Assembly (NCBI RefSeq): GCF_009914755.1
Contig: NC_060933.1
Source of the DNA: the human T2T-CHM13v2.0 reference genome, Homo sapiens
Length of the DNA stretch: 64,000 bases
Reading direction: 5' to 3' (one strand)
Numbering within the stretch: the first letter of the stretch is position 1; each line of letters begins with the position of its first letter. The notes beneath the pieces are model-generated. The model searched no databases. It was given only the letters and a program-made list of their open reading frames with translations, and had not been told where the DNA came from. The translations under genes and the position numbers were made by a program. Below are positions 1 through 13,230 of this stretch, in pieces.

Positions 1-3000
1 AGTTTCAAAACAGCTCATTCAAAAGAAAGGTTTAACTCTCTGAGATGAATGCAGACATAACAAAGATGTTTCTCAGACTGATTCTGCCTAGATTTTATGT
101 GAAGGTATTTCCTTTTCTACCATAGGCCGCAAAGCTCTTCAAATGTCCAATTGCAGCTTCTAAAAAAAGGGTGTTTCCAAACTGCTCAGTCAAAAGAAAT
201 GTTCAATTCTGTGAAATGAATGCAGGCATCACAAAGAAGTTTCTCAGATAGCTGCTGTCTAGATTTTATGTGAAGAAACTTCCTTTTCTACCACAGGCAG
301 TGAAGCCCTCCAAATGTCCACTTGAAGATTCTTCAAAAAGAGAGTTTCAAAACTGCTCAATCAAAAGAAATGTTTAACTCTGAGAGATGAACACACACAT
401 CACAAAGAAGTTTCTCAGAATGTTTTTGTCCAGTTATTATGTAAAGATATTTCGTTAACCACCATATGCCTCAAAACACTTCAAATGTCCACTTGCAGAT
501 TTTACAAAAGAGAGTTTCAAAACTGCTCTATGAAAAGAAAGATTCAACTCTGTGAGATGAATGCACACATCACAAAGAAGTTTGTCAGGTTGCTTCTGTC
601 TAGATTTTATGTGAAGATATTTCCTTGTCTACCATAGCTCACAAAGCGTTCCAAATGTCCACTTGCAGATTCTACAAAAAGAGTGTTCCCAAACCGCTCA
701 ATCAAAAGTAAGGTTCAATTCTGTGAGATGAACGCACACATCACAAAGGAGTTTCTCAGAATTCTTCCGTCTAGTTTTTATGTGAAGATATTTCCTTTTC
801 CACCACAGGCCTCAAAGCGCTCCAAATGTCCACTTGCAGTTTGTACAAAAAGGGAGACTCAAAATTGCTCCATTAAAAGGAAGGTTTTACTCTGTGAGAT
901 GAATGCACACATCACAAAGATGTTTCTCAGATTGCTTCTGTCTAGATATTATGTAAAGATATTTCCTTTTCTACCATAGGCTGCAAAGCACTCCAAATGT
1001 CCACTTGAAGATTCTACAAAAAGAGTGTTTCCAAACTGCTCAATTAGAAGAAAGGTTCAACTCTGTGAGATGAACACACACATCACAAAGAAGTTTCTCA
1101 GAATTCTTCTGTCTGGTTTTTATGTGAAGATATTTCATTTTCCACCATAGGCCTCAAGGCACTCGAAATGTCCACTTGCAGATTCTACAAAAAGAGTATT
1201 TCAAAACTTGTCCACCAAAGAAAGTTTCAACTCTGGGACATGAATGCAAGCATCACAAAGAAGTTTCTGAGAATGCTTCTATCTCGTTTTTTTTTTGTGA
1301 AGATATTTCCTTTTCCAACATAGGCGTCAAATTCCTCCAAATGTCCACTTGCAGATTCTACAAGAAGAGAGTTTCAAAATTCCTCAATCAGTAGAAAGGT
1401 TTAACTCTGTGAGATGAATGCACACATCACAAAGAAGTTTCTCAGATTTCTTCTGTCTAGATTTTATGTGAAGTTATTTCTTTTTCTACCATAGGCCACG
1501 AAGCGCTCCATATGTCCACTTGCAGATTGTACAAAAAGCTTGTTTTGCAAACTGCTCAATCAAAAGAAAGGTTCAACTCTGTGAGATGAAAGCACGCATC
1601 ACAAGGAGTTTCTCAGAAATCTTCTGTCTAGTTTTTATGTGAAGATATTTCATTTTCCACCATAGGCCTCAAAGCGCTGCAAATGTCCACTTACAGATTC
1701 TACAAAAAGAGAGTTTCAAAACTGCTCAATCAAAAGAAAGGGTTAAACATGTGAGATGAACGCAAACATCAGAAAGAAGTTTCTCAGATTGCTTCTGTCT
1801 AGATTTTATGTGAAGATATTTCCTTTTCCACCATAGGCCTCAAAGCGCTCCAATGTCCACTTGCAGATTCTCCAAAAAGAGTGTTTCTAAACTGCTCAAT
1901 CAAAAGAAAGGTTCAACCCTGTGAAATAAATGGACACATCACAAAGAAGTTTCTCAGAATTCTTCTGTCTGGTTTTTATGTGAAGATATTTCCTTTTCCA
2001 CCACAGGCCTCAAAGGGTTCCAAATGTCCACTTGCAGATTCTACAAAAGAGAGTCTCAAAAATGCTCAATCAAAAGAAAGTTTTAACACTGTGAGATGAA
2101 TGCACACATCACAAGAAGTTTCTCAGATTGCTTTTGTCTAGATTTTATGTGAAGATATTTCCTTTTCTGCCATAGGCCGCAAAGCGCTCCAAATGTCCAG
2201 TTGCAGATTCTACAAAAATCATGTTTCCAAACTGCTCAATCAAAAGAAAGTTTCAACTCTGTGAGATGAACCCACGTATCACAAAGACGTTTCTCAGAAT
2301 TTTTCTGTCTAGTTTTTATATGAAGATATTTCATTTTCCACCATAGGTCTCAAGGCACTCGAAATCTCCACTTGCAGATTCTACAAAAAGCGTATGTCAA
2401 AACTGATCCATGAATAGAAATGTTCAACTCTGGGAGATAAACGTACACATCACAAAGAAGTTTCTCAGATTGCTTCTGTCTAGATTTTATGTGAAGACAT
2501 TTCATTTTCTACCAAAGGCCACAAAGTGCTCCAAATGTCCACTTGCAGATTCTACAAAAAGGGTGTTTCCAACCTGTTCAACCAAAAGAAAAGTTCAATT
2601 CTCTGAGATGAACGCACGCATCACAAAAAAGTTTCTCAGAATTTTTCTGTCTCGTTTTTATGTGAAGATATTTCCTTTTCCACCATAGGCTGCAAAGCGC
2701 TCAAAATATCCACTTGCAGATTCTACAAAAATAGAGTTTCCAAACCGCCCCATCAAAAGAAATCTCTCACTCTGTGAGTTGAATGCACACATCAAAAAGA
2801 CGTTTCTCAGATTTCTTCTATTAGATTTTATGTGAAGATATTTACTTTTCCACCATAGGCCACAACGCGCTCCAAATGTCAACTTGCAGATTCTACAAAA
2901 AGTGTGTTTCCAAACTGCTCTATCAAAATAAAGGTTCAACTCTGCGAGATGAACGCACACATCACAAAGGAGTTTCTCAGAATTCTTCTGTCTAGTTTTT

Positions 3001-6000
3001 ATATGCAGATATTTTCTTTTCCACCATAGGCCTCAAGCGCTCTAGATGTCCACATGCAGATTCTTCAAAAAGAGAGTTTCAAAACGACTCAATCAAAAGA
3101 AAGCTTTACCTCTATGAGATGAATGTACACATCACAAAGTAGTTTCTCAGATTGCTTCTGTCTACATTTTATGTGAAGATATTTTCTTTTCTACCATCGG
3201 CCACAAACCGCTCCAAATGTCCACTTGCAGATTCTACTAAAAGAGAGTTTCCAAACTGCTTAATCAAAACAAAGTTCAACTCTGTGAGATGAACGCACAC
3301 ATCACAAAGAAGTTTCTCAGAATTCTTCTGTCTGGTTTTTATATGAAGATATTTCCTTTTCCTCCATAGACTTCAAAGCATTCCAAATGTCCACTTGCAG
3401 ATTATACAAAACGAGAGTTTCAAAACTGCTCAGTCAAAAGAAAGGTTTAACTCTGTGAGATGAATGCACACATCACAAAATAGTTTCTCAGATTGCTTCT
3501 GTCCAGATTTCATATGAAGTTATTTCCTTTCCTACCATAATCTGCAAAGCGTTCCAAATGTCCCCTTGTGGATGATACAAAAAGAGTGTTTCCAAACTGC
3601 TCAATCAAAAGAAAGGTTTAACTCTGTGAGATGAACGCACACATCTCGAAGAAGTTTGTCAGAATTCTTCTGTCTAGTCTTAATGTGAAGATATTTCCTT
3701 TTCCACCATACGCCTCAAAGCGCTCCAAATGTCCACTTGCAGATTCTACAAAAAGAGAGTTTCAAAACTGCTCAATTGAAAGAATGGTTTAACTCAGTGA
3801 GATGCATGCACACATCACAAAGAAGTTTCTCAGATTTCTTCTGTCTAGATTTTATGTGAAGATATTTCCTTTTCTAAAATAGGCCGCAAAGCACTCCAAA
3901 TGTCCACTTGCAGATTCTACAAAAAGAGTGATTCCAAACTGCTCAATCAAAAGAAAGGCTCAATTCTGTGAGATGAATGCACACATCACAAAGAAGTTTG
4001 TCTGAATTCTTCTGTCTAGTTTTTACGTGAAGATATTTCCTTTTCCACCGTAGGCCACAAAGTGATCCAAATGTCCACTTGCACATTCTACAAAAAGAGA
4101 GTTTCAAAACTGCTCTATCAAAAGAAAGATTCCACTCTGTGAGATGAACGCAAACATCACAAAGAAGTCTGTCAGAATTATTCTGTCTAGTTTTTATGTG
4201 AAGATATTTCCTTTTCTAGCATAGCCCACAAAGCTCTCCAAATATAAACTTGCAGTTTCTACAAAAATTGTGTTTCCAAACTGCTCAATCATAAATAAGG
4301 TTTAACTCTGTGAGATGAACGCACACATCACAAAGAAGTTTCTCAAAATTCTTCTATCTAGTTTTAATGTGAAGATATTTCCTTTTCCAGCATAGGTTGC
4401 AAAGCACTCCAAATGTCCACTTACAGATTCTATAAAAAGAGAGTGTTTCTGTCTACTTCTTATGTGAAGATATTTCCTTTTGCACCATAGGCCTCAAAGT
4501 GATCCAAATGTCCACTTGCAGATCCTTCAAAAAGATTTTCCAAACTAGTCAATCAAAAGAAAGTTTCAACTCTGTGAGATGAATGCACATATAACAAAGA
4601 CATTTCTAAGAATCCTTCTGTCTAGTTTTTATGTAAAGATATATACTTTTATACCATAGGTATCAACGCACTCCAAATGTCCACTTGTAGATAGTACAAA
4701 AAGGATGTTTCAAATCTGCTCAATCAACAGTAAGGTTCAACTCTGTCAGATGAATGCACACATCACAAAGTATTTTCTCAGAATGATTCTTTGCACTTCT
4801 TAAGTGAAGATATTTCCTTTTCCACCAGAGGCCTCAGAGCCCTCCAAATGTCCACTTGCAGATAGTGCAAAAAGAGTGTTTCCAAACTGTTCAATCAAAA
4901 GAAAGGTTCAAATCTTTGAGATGAATATACACATCATGAAGAAGTTTCTCAGAATGTTTCTGTCCGTGTTTTATGAGAAGATATTTCCTTTTCCACCATA
5001 GGCCTCAAAGCGCACCAAGTGTCCACTTGTAGATTCTACAAAAAGAGTGTTTCAAAACTGCTCATTGAAAATAAATGTTCAACTCTGTGAGATGAATGCA
5101 CACATCACAAAGAGGTTTCTCAGAATGTTCTGTCTAGTTCTTAAGTGAAGATATTTCCTTTTCCACTATAGGCCTCAAAGTGCTCCAAATGTCCACTTGC
5201 AGATTGTACAAAAACAGTGTTTCAAAACTGCTCAATGGAAAGAAAGGTTCAATTCTGTGAGATGAATGCAAACGACACAAAGAAGTTTGTCAACATGCTT
5301 CTGTCTAGTTTTTATGTGAAGATATTTCCTTTACCACCATATGCCACAAAGTGCTCCAAAGGTCCCTTTGCAGATTCTACAAAGAGAGTGTTTCAAACTG
5401 CTCAATCAAAAGAAAGTTCAACTCTGTGAGATGCATGCACACATCCCAAAGAAATTTCCCAGAATACTTCTGTGTAGTTTTTCTGTGAAGATATTTCCTT
5501 TTCCACCGTAGGCCTCAAAGAATTCCAAATGTTCACTTGCAGATTCTACCAAAAGAGTGTTTCAAAATAGATTAATGAAAAGAAATGTTCAACTCTGTGA
5601 CATGAAAGCACACATTCCAAAGAAGTTTGTGACAATGCTTCTGTCAAGTTTTTATGTGAAGATATTTCTTTTTCTGCCACAGGCCTCAAAGCGCTCCTAA
5701 TGTCCACTTGCAGATTCTACAAAAGAGTGTTTCAAAGCTGCTCAATCAAAAGAAAGTTTCAACTCTGTAAGATGAATGCACACATCACAAAGAAGTTTCT
5801 GAGAATGCTGCTGTCTTGTTGTTATGTGAAGATATTTCCTTTTCCACAATTGGCTGCAAAGCTCTCCAAATGTCCACTTGCAGATTCTACAAAAAGAGTG
5901 TTCCAAAACTGCTCAATCAAAAGGAAGGTTCAACTCTGTGAGATGAATGCACACATCACAAAGAAGAAGTTTCTCAGAATGTTCTGTCTAGTTCTTAAGT

Positions 6001-9000
6001 GAATATATTTCCTTTTCCACCATAGGCCTCAAAGCGCTCCAAATGTCCACTTGCAGATTGCACAAAAACAGTGTTTCAAAACTGCTCAATGGAAAGAAAC
6101 GTTCAATTCTGTGAGATGAATGCAAACAACACAAATAAGTTTGTCAGCATGCTTCTGTATAGTTTTTATGTGAAGATATTTCCTTTTCTACCATAGGCCT
6201 CAAGGCGCTCCAAAGGTCCACATTCAGATCCTACAAAAATAATGTTTCAAAGGTGCTAAATCAAAAGAAATGTTCAACTCTGTCAGATGACTGCACACAT
6301 CACAAAGAAGTTTCTCAGAATGCTTCTGTCTAGTTCTTATGTGAAGATATTTCCTTTTCCACTTAAGGCCTAAAAGTGCTCCAAATATCAAGTTGCACAT
6401 TCTACAAAAAGTGGGCTTCAAAACTTCTCAATCAAAAGTAAGTTTCAATTCCTTGAGATGAATGCACACATCACAAAGAAGTTTGTCAGAATTCTTCTGT
6501 CTAGTATTTAAGTGAAGATACTTCCTTTTCCACCATATGCCACGAAGCGCTCCAAATATCCACTTGCAGATTCTACAAAAAGAGTGTTTCAAAACTGCTC
6601 AATCAAAAGAAAGTTCAACTCTGTGAGATGAATGCCCACATCACAAAGAAATTTCTCAGAATATTTCTGTCTAGCTTCTCTATGAAGATATTTCCTTTTC
6701 CACCATAGGCCTTGAAGTGTTCCAAATGTCCACTTGCAGATTCTACAAAAAGAGTGTTTCAAAGCTGCTCAATCAAAAGAAATGTTCAACTCTGTGAGAT
6801 TCATGCATTCATCACAAACAACTTTCTCAGAATGCTTCTGTCTAGTTATTATGTGAAGATATTTCATTTTTCACCTTAGGCCTCAAATCACTCCAATTGT
6901 CCGCTTGCAGATTCTACAGAAAGAGTGTTTCAAAACTGCTCAATGAAAAAAAGGTTCAACTCTCTCTGATGAATACATACATCACAAAGAATTTTCTCAG
7001 GATGATTATATCTAGTTTTTATGGAAAGATATTTCCTTTTCCACCATAGGCCACAAAGCTCTCCAAATGTCCACTTGCAGATTCTACAAAAAGAGTGATT
7101 CAAACCTGCTCAATACAAAGAAATGTTCAACTCTGTGAGATGAATGCACACATCACAAAGAAGTTGCTCAGAAAGCTTCTGTCTAGTTTTTATGTGAAGA
7201 TATTTCCTTTTCACCACAGGCCTCAAAGCACTCCAAATGTCCACTTGCAGATCAACAAGAAGAGAGTTTCCAAACTACTCAATCAAAGGAAAGGTTCAGC
7301 TCTGTGAGATGAATGCACACATCACAAAGAAAGTTGTCAGAATGTTTCTGTCTAGTTTTTATGTGAAGATATTTCCTTTTCCACCATAGGCCTCAAAGCA
7401 CTCCAAATGTCCACTTGCAGATAGTACAAAAAGGGTGTTTCAAAAATTCTCAATCAAAAATAAGGTGCAACTCCGTGATATGAATGCACATATCACAAAG
7501 TAGTTTGACAGAATGCTTCTGTCTTTTTTGTGTGTGAAGATATTTCCTTTTCAACCATAGACCTCAAAGAGCTCCAAATGTTCACTTGCAGAATCTACAA
7601 AAAGAGTGTTTCCAAACTTCTGAATCAAAAGAAAGGTTCAACTCTGTGAGATGAATGCACAGATCACAAACAAGTTTCTCAGAATGCTTCTGTCTAGTTT
7701 TTATGTAAAGATATTTCCTTTTCCACCATAGGCCTCAAAGCTCTCCAAATATCCACTTGCCGATTCTACAAAAAGAGTGTTTCAAAACTGCTCAATTAAA
7801 AGGAAGGTTCAATTCTGTGACATGAATACATCAATCGCAAAGAAATTTGTCAGAATGTTTCTGTATAGTTTTTATGTGAAGATATTTCCTTTTCCACCAT
7901 AGGTCTCACAGCGCTCCAAATATCCACTTGCAGATTCTAGAAAAGAGTGTTTCAAAGCAGCTTAATCAAAAGAAATGTTCAACTCTATGAGATGAATGCA
8001 CACATCACAAAGTAGTTTCACAGAATGCTTCTGTCTAGTTATTAAGTGAAGATATTTCATTATTGACCATCACCCTCAAAGTACTCCAAATATCCACTTA
8101 CAGATTCTACAAAAAGAGTGTTTCAAAGCTGCTTAATCAAAAGAAATGTTCAACTATGTGAGATGAATGCACACATCAGAAAGAATTTTCTAAGAAAGAT
8201 TCTGTCTAGTTTTTATGGGAAGTTACTTCCTTTTCCACCATAGGCTTCAAAGCCCTCCAAATGTCCATTGCAGATTCTACAAAAACAGTGTTTCAAAACT
8301 GTTCAATCAAAAGAAATGTTCAACTCTGTGAGATGAATGCACACATCACAAAGAAGTTTCACAGAATGCTTCTGTCTAGTTTTTATGTGAAGTTATTTCC
8401 TTTTCCACCGTAGGACACAAAGAGCTCAAAATGTTCACTTGCACAGTCTAAAAAAGAGTTTTTCAAAGCTGCTCAATCAAAGGTATGGTTCAACTCTGTA
8501 AGATAAATGCACACAACACAAAGAAGTTTCTCAGAATGCTTCCGCCTAGTTGTTAAGTGAAGATATTTCCTTCTCCACCATATGCCTCAAAGTGCACCAA
8601 ATGTCCACTTGCAGATTCTACAAAAAGAGTGTTTCAAAACTGCTCAGTCAAAAGAAAGGTTCAACTCTGTGAGTTGAATGCACACAACACAAAGAAGCTT
8701 GTGAGAATGTTTCTGTATAGTTTTTATGTAAAGATAATTCCTTTTCCACCATAGGCCTCAAATCGCTCCAAATGTCCACTTGCAGATTCTACAAAAAGAG
8801 TGTTTCAAAGCTGCTCAATCTAAGGAGAGGTTCAACTGTGTGTGATGAATGCACACATCACAAAGAAGTTTCTCAGAATGCTTTTGTCTAGTTATAATGA
8901 GAAGATATTTTTTTCCACCATAGTCCTCAAAGACCTCCAAATGTCCACTTGCTGCTCCTATAAAAAGAGGGTTTCAAAACTGCTCAATTGAAAGTTATGT

Positions 9001-12000
9001 TCAACTCTGTGAGATGAATACATACATCATGAAGAAATTTCTCAGAATTCTTCTGTCTAGTTTTTATGTGAAGATATTTCGTTTTCCACCACAGGCTGCA
9101 AAGCACTCCAAATGTCCAATTGCAGATTCTACAAAACGATTGTTTCAAAACTGTTCAATCAAAAGAAAGTTACAACTCTGTGAGATGAATTCACACATCA
9201 CAAAGGAGTTTGTCAGAATGCTTCTGTCTAGTTTTTATGTGAGGACATTTCCTTTTCCACCATAGGCTGCAAAGAGCTCCAAATGTCCACTTGCAGAGTC
9301 TACAAAAAGAGTTTTTCAAAGCTGCTCAAAAAAAAGAATGATTCAACTCTGTGAAATGAATGCACCCATCACAAAGAAGTTTCTCAGAATTATTCTGTCT
9401 AGTACTTAAGTGAAGATAGTTTGTTTTCCCCCATAGGCCTCAAAGCACTCCAATTGTCCACTAGCAGATTCTACAAAAAGAGAGTTTCCAAGTTGCTCAA
9501 TCAAAAGAAAGATTCAACTCTGTCAGACGAATGGACACATCACAAAGAAGTTTCTCAGAATGTTTCTGAACAGTTTTTATGTGAAGAAATTTCCATTTCC
9601 ACCATAGTCCGCAAAGCGCTCCAAATGTCCACTTGGAGATTCTACAAAAAGAGTGTGTCAAAACTGCTCATTCAAAAGAAAGTTTCAACTCTGTGAGATG
9701 AATGCACATATCACAAAGAACTTTCTCAGAATGCTTCTGTCTAATTATAATATGAAAATATTTTGTTTTCCGCCTTAGGCCTCAAAGCTCTCCAAATGTC
9801 CACTTGCAGACCCTTTTCCACCATAGGCCTCAAAGCGCTTCAAATATCCACTTGCAGATTCTGCAAAAAGAATATTTGAAAGCAGCTAAATCAAAAGAAA
9901 TGTTCAACACTGTGAGATGAATGCACACATCACAAAGGAGCTTCTCAAAATGCCTCTGTCTAGTTTTTATGTGAAGATATTTCCTTTTCCACCATAGGCT
10001 GCCAAGCGTTAAAAATATCCACTTGCAGATTCTACAAAAAGAGTGTTTCCAAACTGCTCAATCGAAAGTATGTTTGAACTCTGTGAGATGAATGCACACA
10101 TCACAAAGAAGTTCGTCGGAATGATTCCGTCTAGTTTTTATGTGAAGATATTTCCTTTTCCACCTTAGGCCACAAAGCGCACTAAATATCCACTTGCAGA
10201 TTCTACAAAAAGAGTGTTTCAAAACTGCTTAATGAAAAGAAAGGTTCAACTCTGTGAGATGAATGCACACATCACAAAGAAGTTTCAGAGAATGCTTCTG
10301 TGTAGTTTTTATGTGAAGATATTTCCTTTTCCACCATAGGCCCCAAAGAGCTCCAAATGTCCACTTGCAGATTCTACAAAAAGAGTGTTTCAAAACTGCT
10401 GAATCAAAGATAAGGTTCAACTCTGTGAGATGAATGCACATATCACACAGAAGTTTCTCAGAATGCTTCTGTCTACTTTTTATGTGAAAATATTTCCTTT
10501 TCCACCAGAAGACTCAAAGCGCTCAAAATAACCACTTGCAGATTATACATAAGGAGTGTTTCAAAACTGCTCAATGAAAAGAAAGGTTCAACTCTGTGAG
10601 ATGAATGCACACACCCCAAAGAAGTTTCTCAGAATGCTTCTGTCTAGTTTTTATGTGAAGGTATTTCCTTTCCCACCATAAGCCTCAAAGCGCTTCAAAT
10701 ATCCACTTGCAGATTCTGCAAAAAGAGTATTTGAAAGCAGCTAAATCAAAAGAAATGTTCAGCACTGTGAGATGAATGCACACATCACAAAGGAGCTTCT
10801 CAAAATGCCTCTGTCTAGTTTTTATGTGAAGATATTTCCTTTTCCACCATAGGCTGCCAAGCGTTAAAAATATCCACTTGCAGATTCTACAAAAAGAGTG
10901 TTTCAAAACTTCTCAATCAAAAGAAAGGTTCAACTCTGTGAGATGAATGCACACATCCCAAAGAAGTTTCTCAGAATGCTTCTGTGTAGTTTTTAGGTGA
11001 AGATATTTCCCTTTCCACCATAGGCCCCAAAGCGCTCCAAATATCCACTTGCAGATACTACAAAAAGTGTTTTTCAAAACTGCTGAATCCAAAGAAATGT
11101 TCAACTTTGTGAGATGAATGCATACATCAGAAAGAAGTTACTCAGACTGCTTCTGTGTTGTTTTTAGGTGAAGATATTTCCGTTTCCACCATAGGTCTTG
11201 AAGCGCTCCAAATATCCACTTTCTCATTCCACAAAAAGTGTGCTTCAAATCTGCTCAATCAAAAGAAAGTTTCAATTCTGTGAGATGAATGCACACATCA
11301 CAAAGTAGTTTCTCAGAATGCTTCTGTCCAGTTTTTATGTGAAGATATTTCCTTCTCCACCATAGGCCTTAAGGCGCTCCAAATATCCACTTGCAGATTT
11401 TACAAAAAGAGTGTTTCAAACTGCTCAATCAAAAGAAAGGTTCAACTCTGCGTGTTGAATGCACAAATCACAAAGAAGTTTCTCAGAATGCTTCTGTCTA
11501 GTTTTTGTGTGAAGATATTTCCTTCACCATAGACCTTAAAGCGCTCCAATTATCCACTTGCAGATTGTACAAAAAGAGTGTTTCAGACTGCTCAATCAAA
11601 AGAAAGGTTCAACTCTGTGAGCTGAATGCACAAATCACAAAGAAGTTTCTCAGAATACTTCCGTCCAGTTTTTATGTGAAGATGTTTCCTTTTACCACCA
11701 TTGGCCACAAAGCACTCCAAATATCCACTTGCAAATTCTACAAAAAGAGTGTTTCAAAACTGCTCAATCAAAAGAAAGGTTCATCTCTGAGACATGAATG
11801 CACACATCACAAGGGAGTTTCTCAGAAGGCTTCTGTCTAGTTTTTATGTGAAGATATCTCCGTTTCCACTATAGGCCGCAAAATGCTCCAAATATCCACT
11901 TGCAGATTCTACAAAAAGAGATTTTCCAAACTCCTCAATCAAAAGAAAGTTTAAACTCTGTGAGTTGAATGCACACATCACAAAGAAGTTTCTCAGAATG

Positions 12001-13230
12001 CTTCTGTCTAGTTTTTAATTGAAGATACTTCCTTTTCCACCATTGGGCTCAAAGCACTCCAAGTATCCACTTGCAGATTCTACAAAAAGAGTGTTTCAAA
12101 ACTGCTCAATCAAAACAAAGTTTCAACTCTGTGAGATGAATGCACACATCACAAAGAAGTTTCTCAGAGTGCTTCTGTCTAGTATTTATGTGAAGATATT
12201 TCCTTTTCTACAATAGGCCTCAAACCGCTCCAAATATCCACTTGCAAATACTACAAAAAGATTGTTTCAAAACTGCTCAATCAAAAGAAATCTTCAACTA
12301 TGTGAGTTGAATGCACACATCACAAAGAACTTTCTCAGAATGCTTCTGTGTAGTTTTTATTTGAAGATATTTCCTTTTCCACCACAGGCCCCAAACCGAT
12401 CCAAATATCCACATGCAGATCCTTCAAAAGAAGTGTTTCAAAACTGTTCGATCAAAAGAAAGGTTCAATTCTGTGAGATGAATGCACACATCACAAAGAA
12501 GTTTCTCAGAAGGCATTTGTGTAGTTTTTATGTGAAGATGTTTCCTTTTCCTCCATAGGCCTCAAATCGCTCCCAGTGTCCACTTGCAGATTCTACAAAA
12601 AGAGTGTTTCAAAGCTGCTCAATCAAAAGAAATGTTCAGCTCTGTGAGATGAATGCACACATCACAAAGAAGTTTCTCAGAATGCTTCTGTCTAGTTTTT
12701 AAGGGAAGATATTTCCCTTTCCTCTAGAATTCCCAAAGCCCTCCAACTTTGCAGATACTACAAAAAGAGTGTTTCAAAACTGCTCAATCAAAAGAATATT
12801 TCAACTCTGTGAGTTGAATGCACACATCACAAAGAAGTTTCTCAGAATGCTTCTGTCTAGTTTTTATGTGAAGATATTTCCTTTTCCACCATAGGCCCCA
12901 AAGCACTCAAAATATCCACTTGCAGATCCTACAAAAAGAGTGTTTCAAAACTGCTCCATCAAGAGAAACATTCAACTCTGTGAGATGAATGCATAGATGA
13001 CAGAGGAGTTTCTCAGAATGCTTCTGTCTGGTTTTGATGTGAAGATATTTACTTTTCCACCATAGGCTGTAAATCGCTCCAAATATCCACTTGCAGACAC
13101 TACAAAAAGAGTATTTCAAAAGTGCTAAATCAAAAGAAAAGTTCAACTCTGTGAGGTGAATGCACACATCACAAAGAAGTTTCTCAGAATGCTTCTTTCT
13201 TGTCTTTATGTGAAGATATTTCCTTTTCCA
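1..13230 (-). repeat. Alpha satellite, divergent monomeric/dimeric type (~77 monomers of ~171 bp)
   Basis: Recurring ~171-bp unit (GTTCAACTCTGTGAGATGAATGCACACATCACAAAGAAGTTTCTCAGAATGCTTCTGTCTAG...) is the reverse complement of the alphoid consensus. The box position reads TTCCTTTTCCACCATAGG (A-type/pJalpha box), with no CENP-B box seen. Monomers are mutually divergent. Confidence 0.99.

Noticed and set aside
1-13230. Active centromeric higher-order repeat array or CENP-B boxes
   Set aside because: No long near-identical multimers. The box position lacks the TTCG....A..CGGG core; the closest cases at ~11180 and ~11860 have only CCGTTTCCAC.
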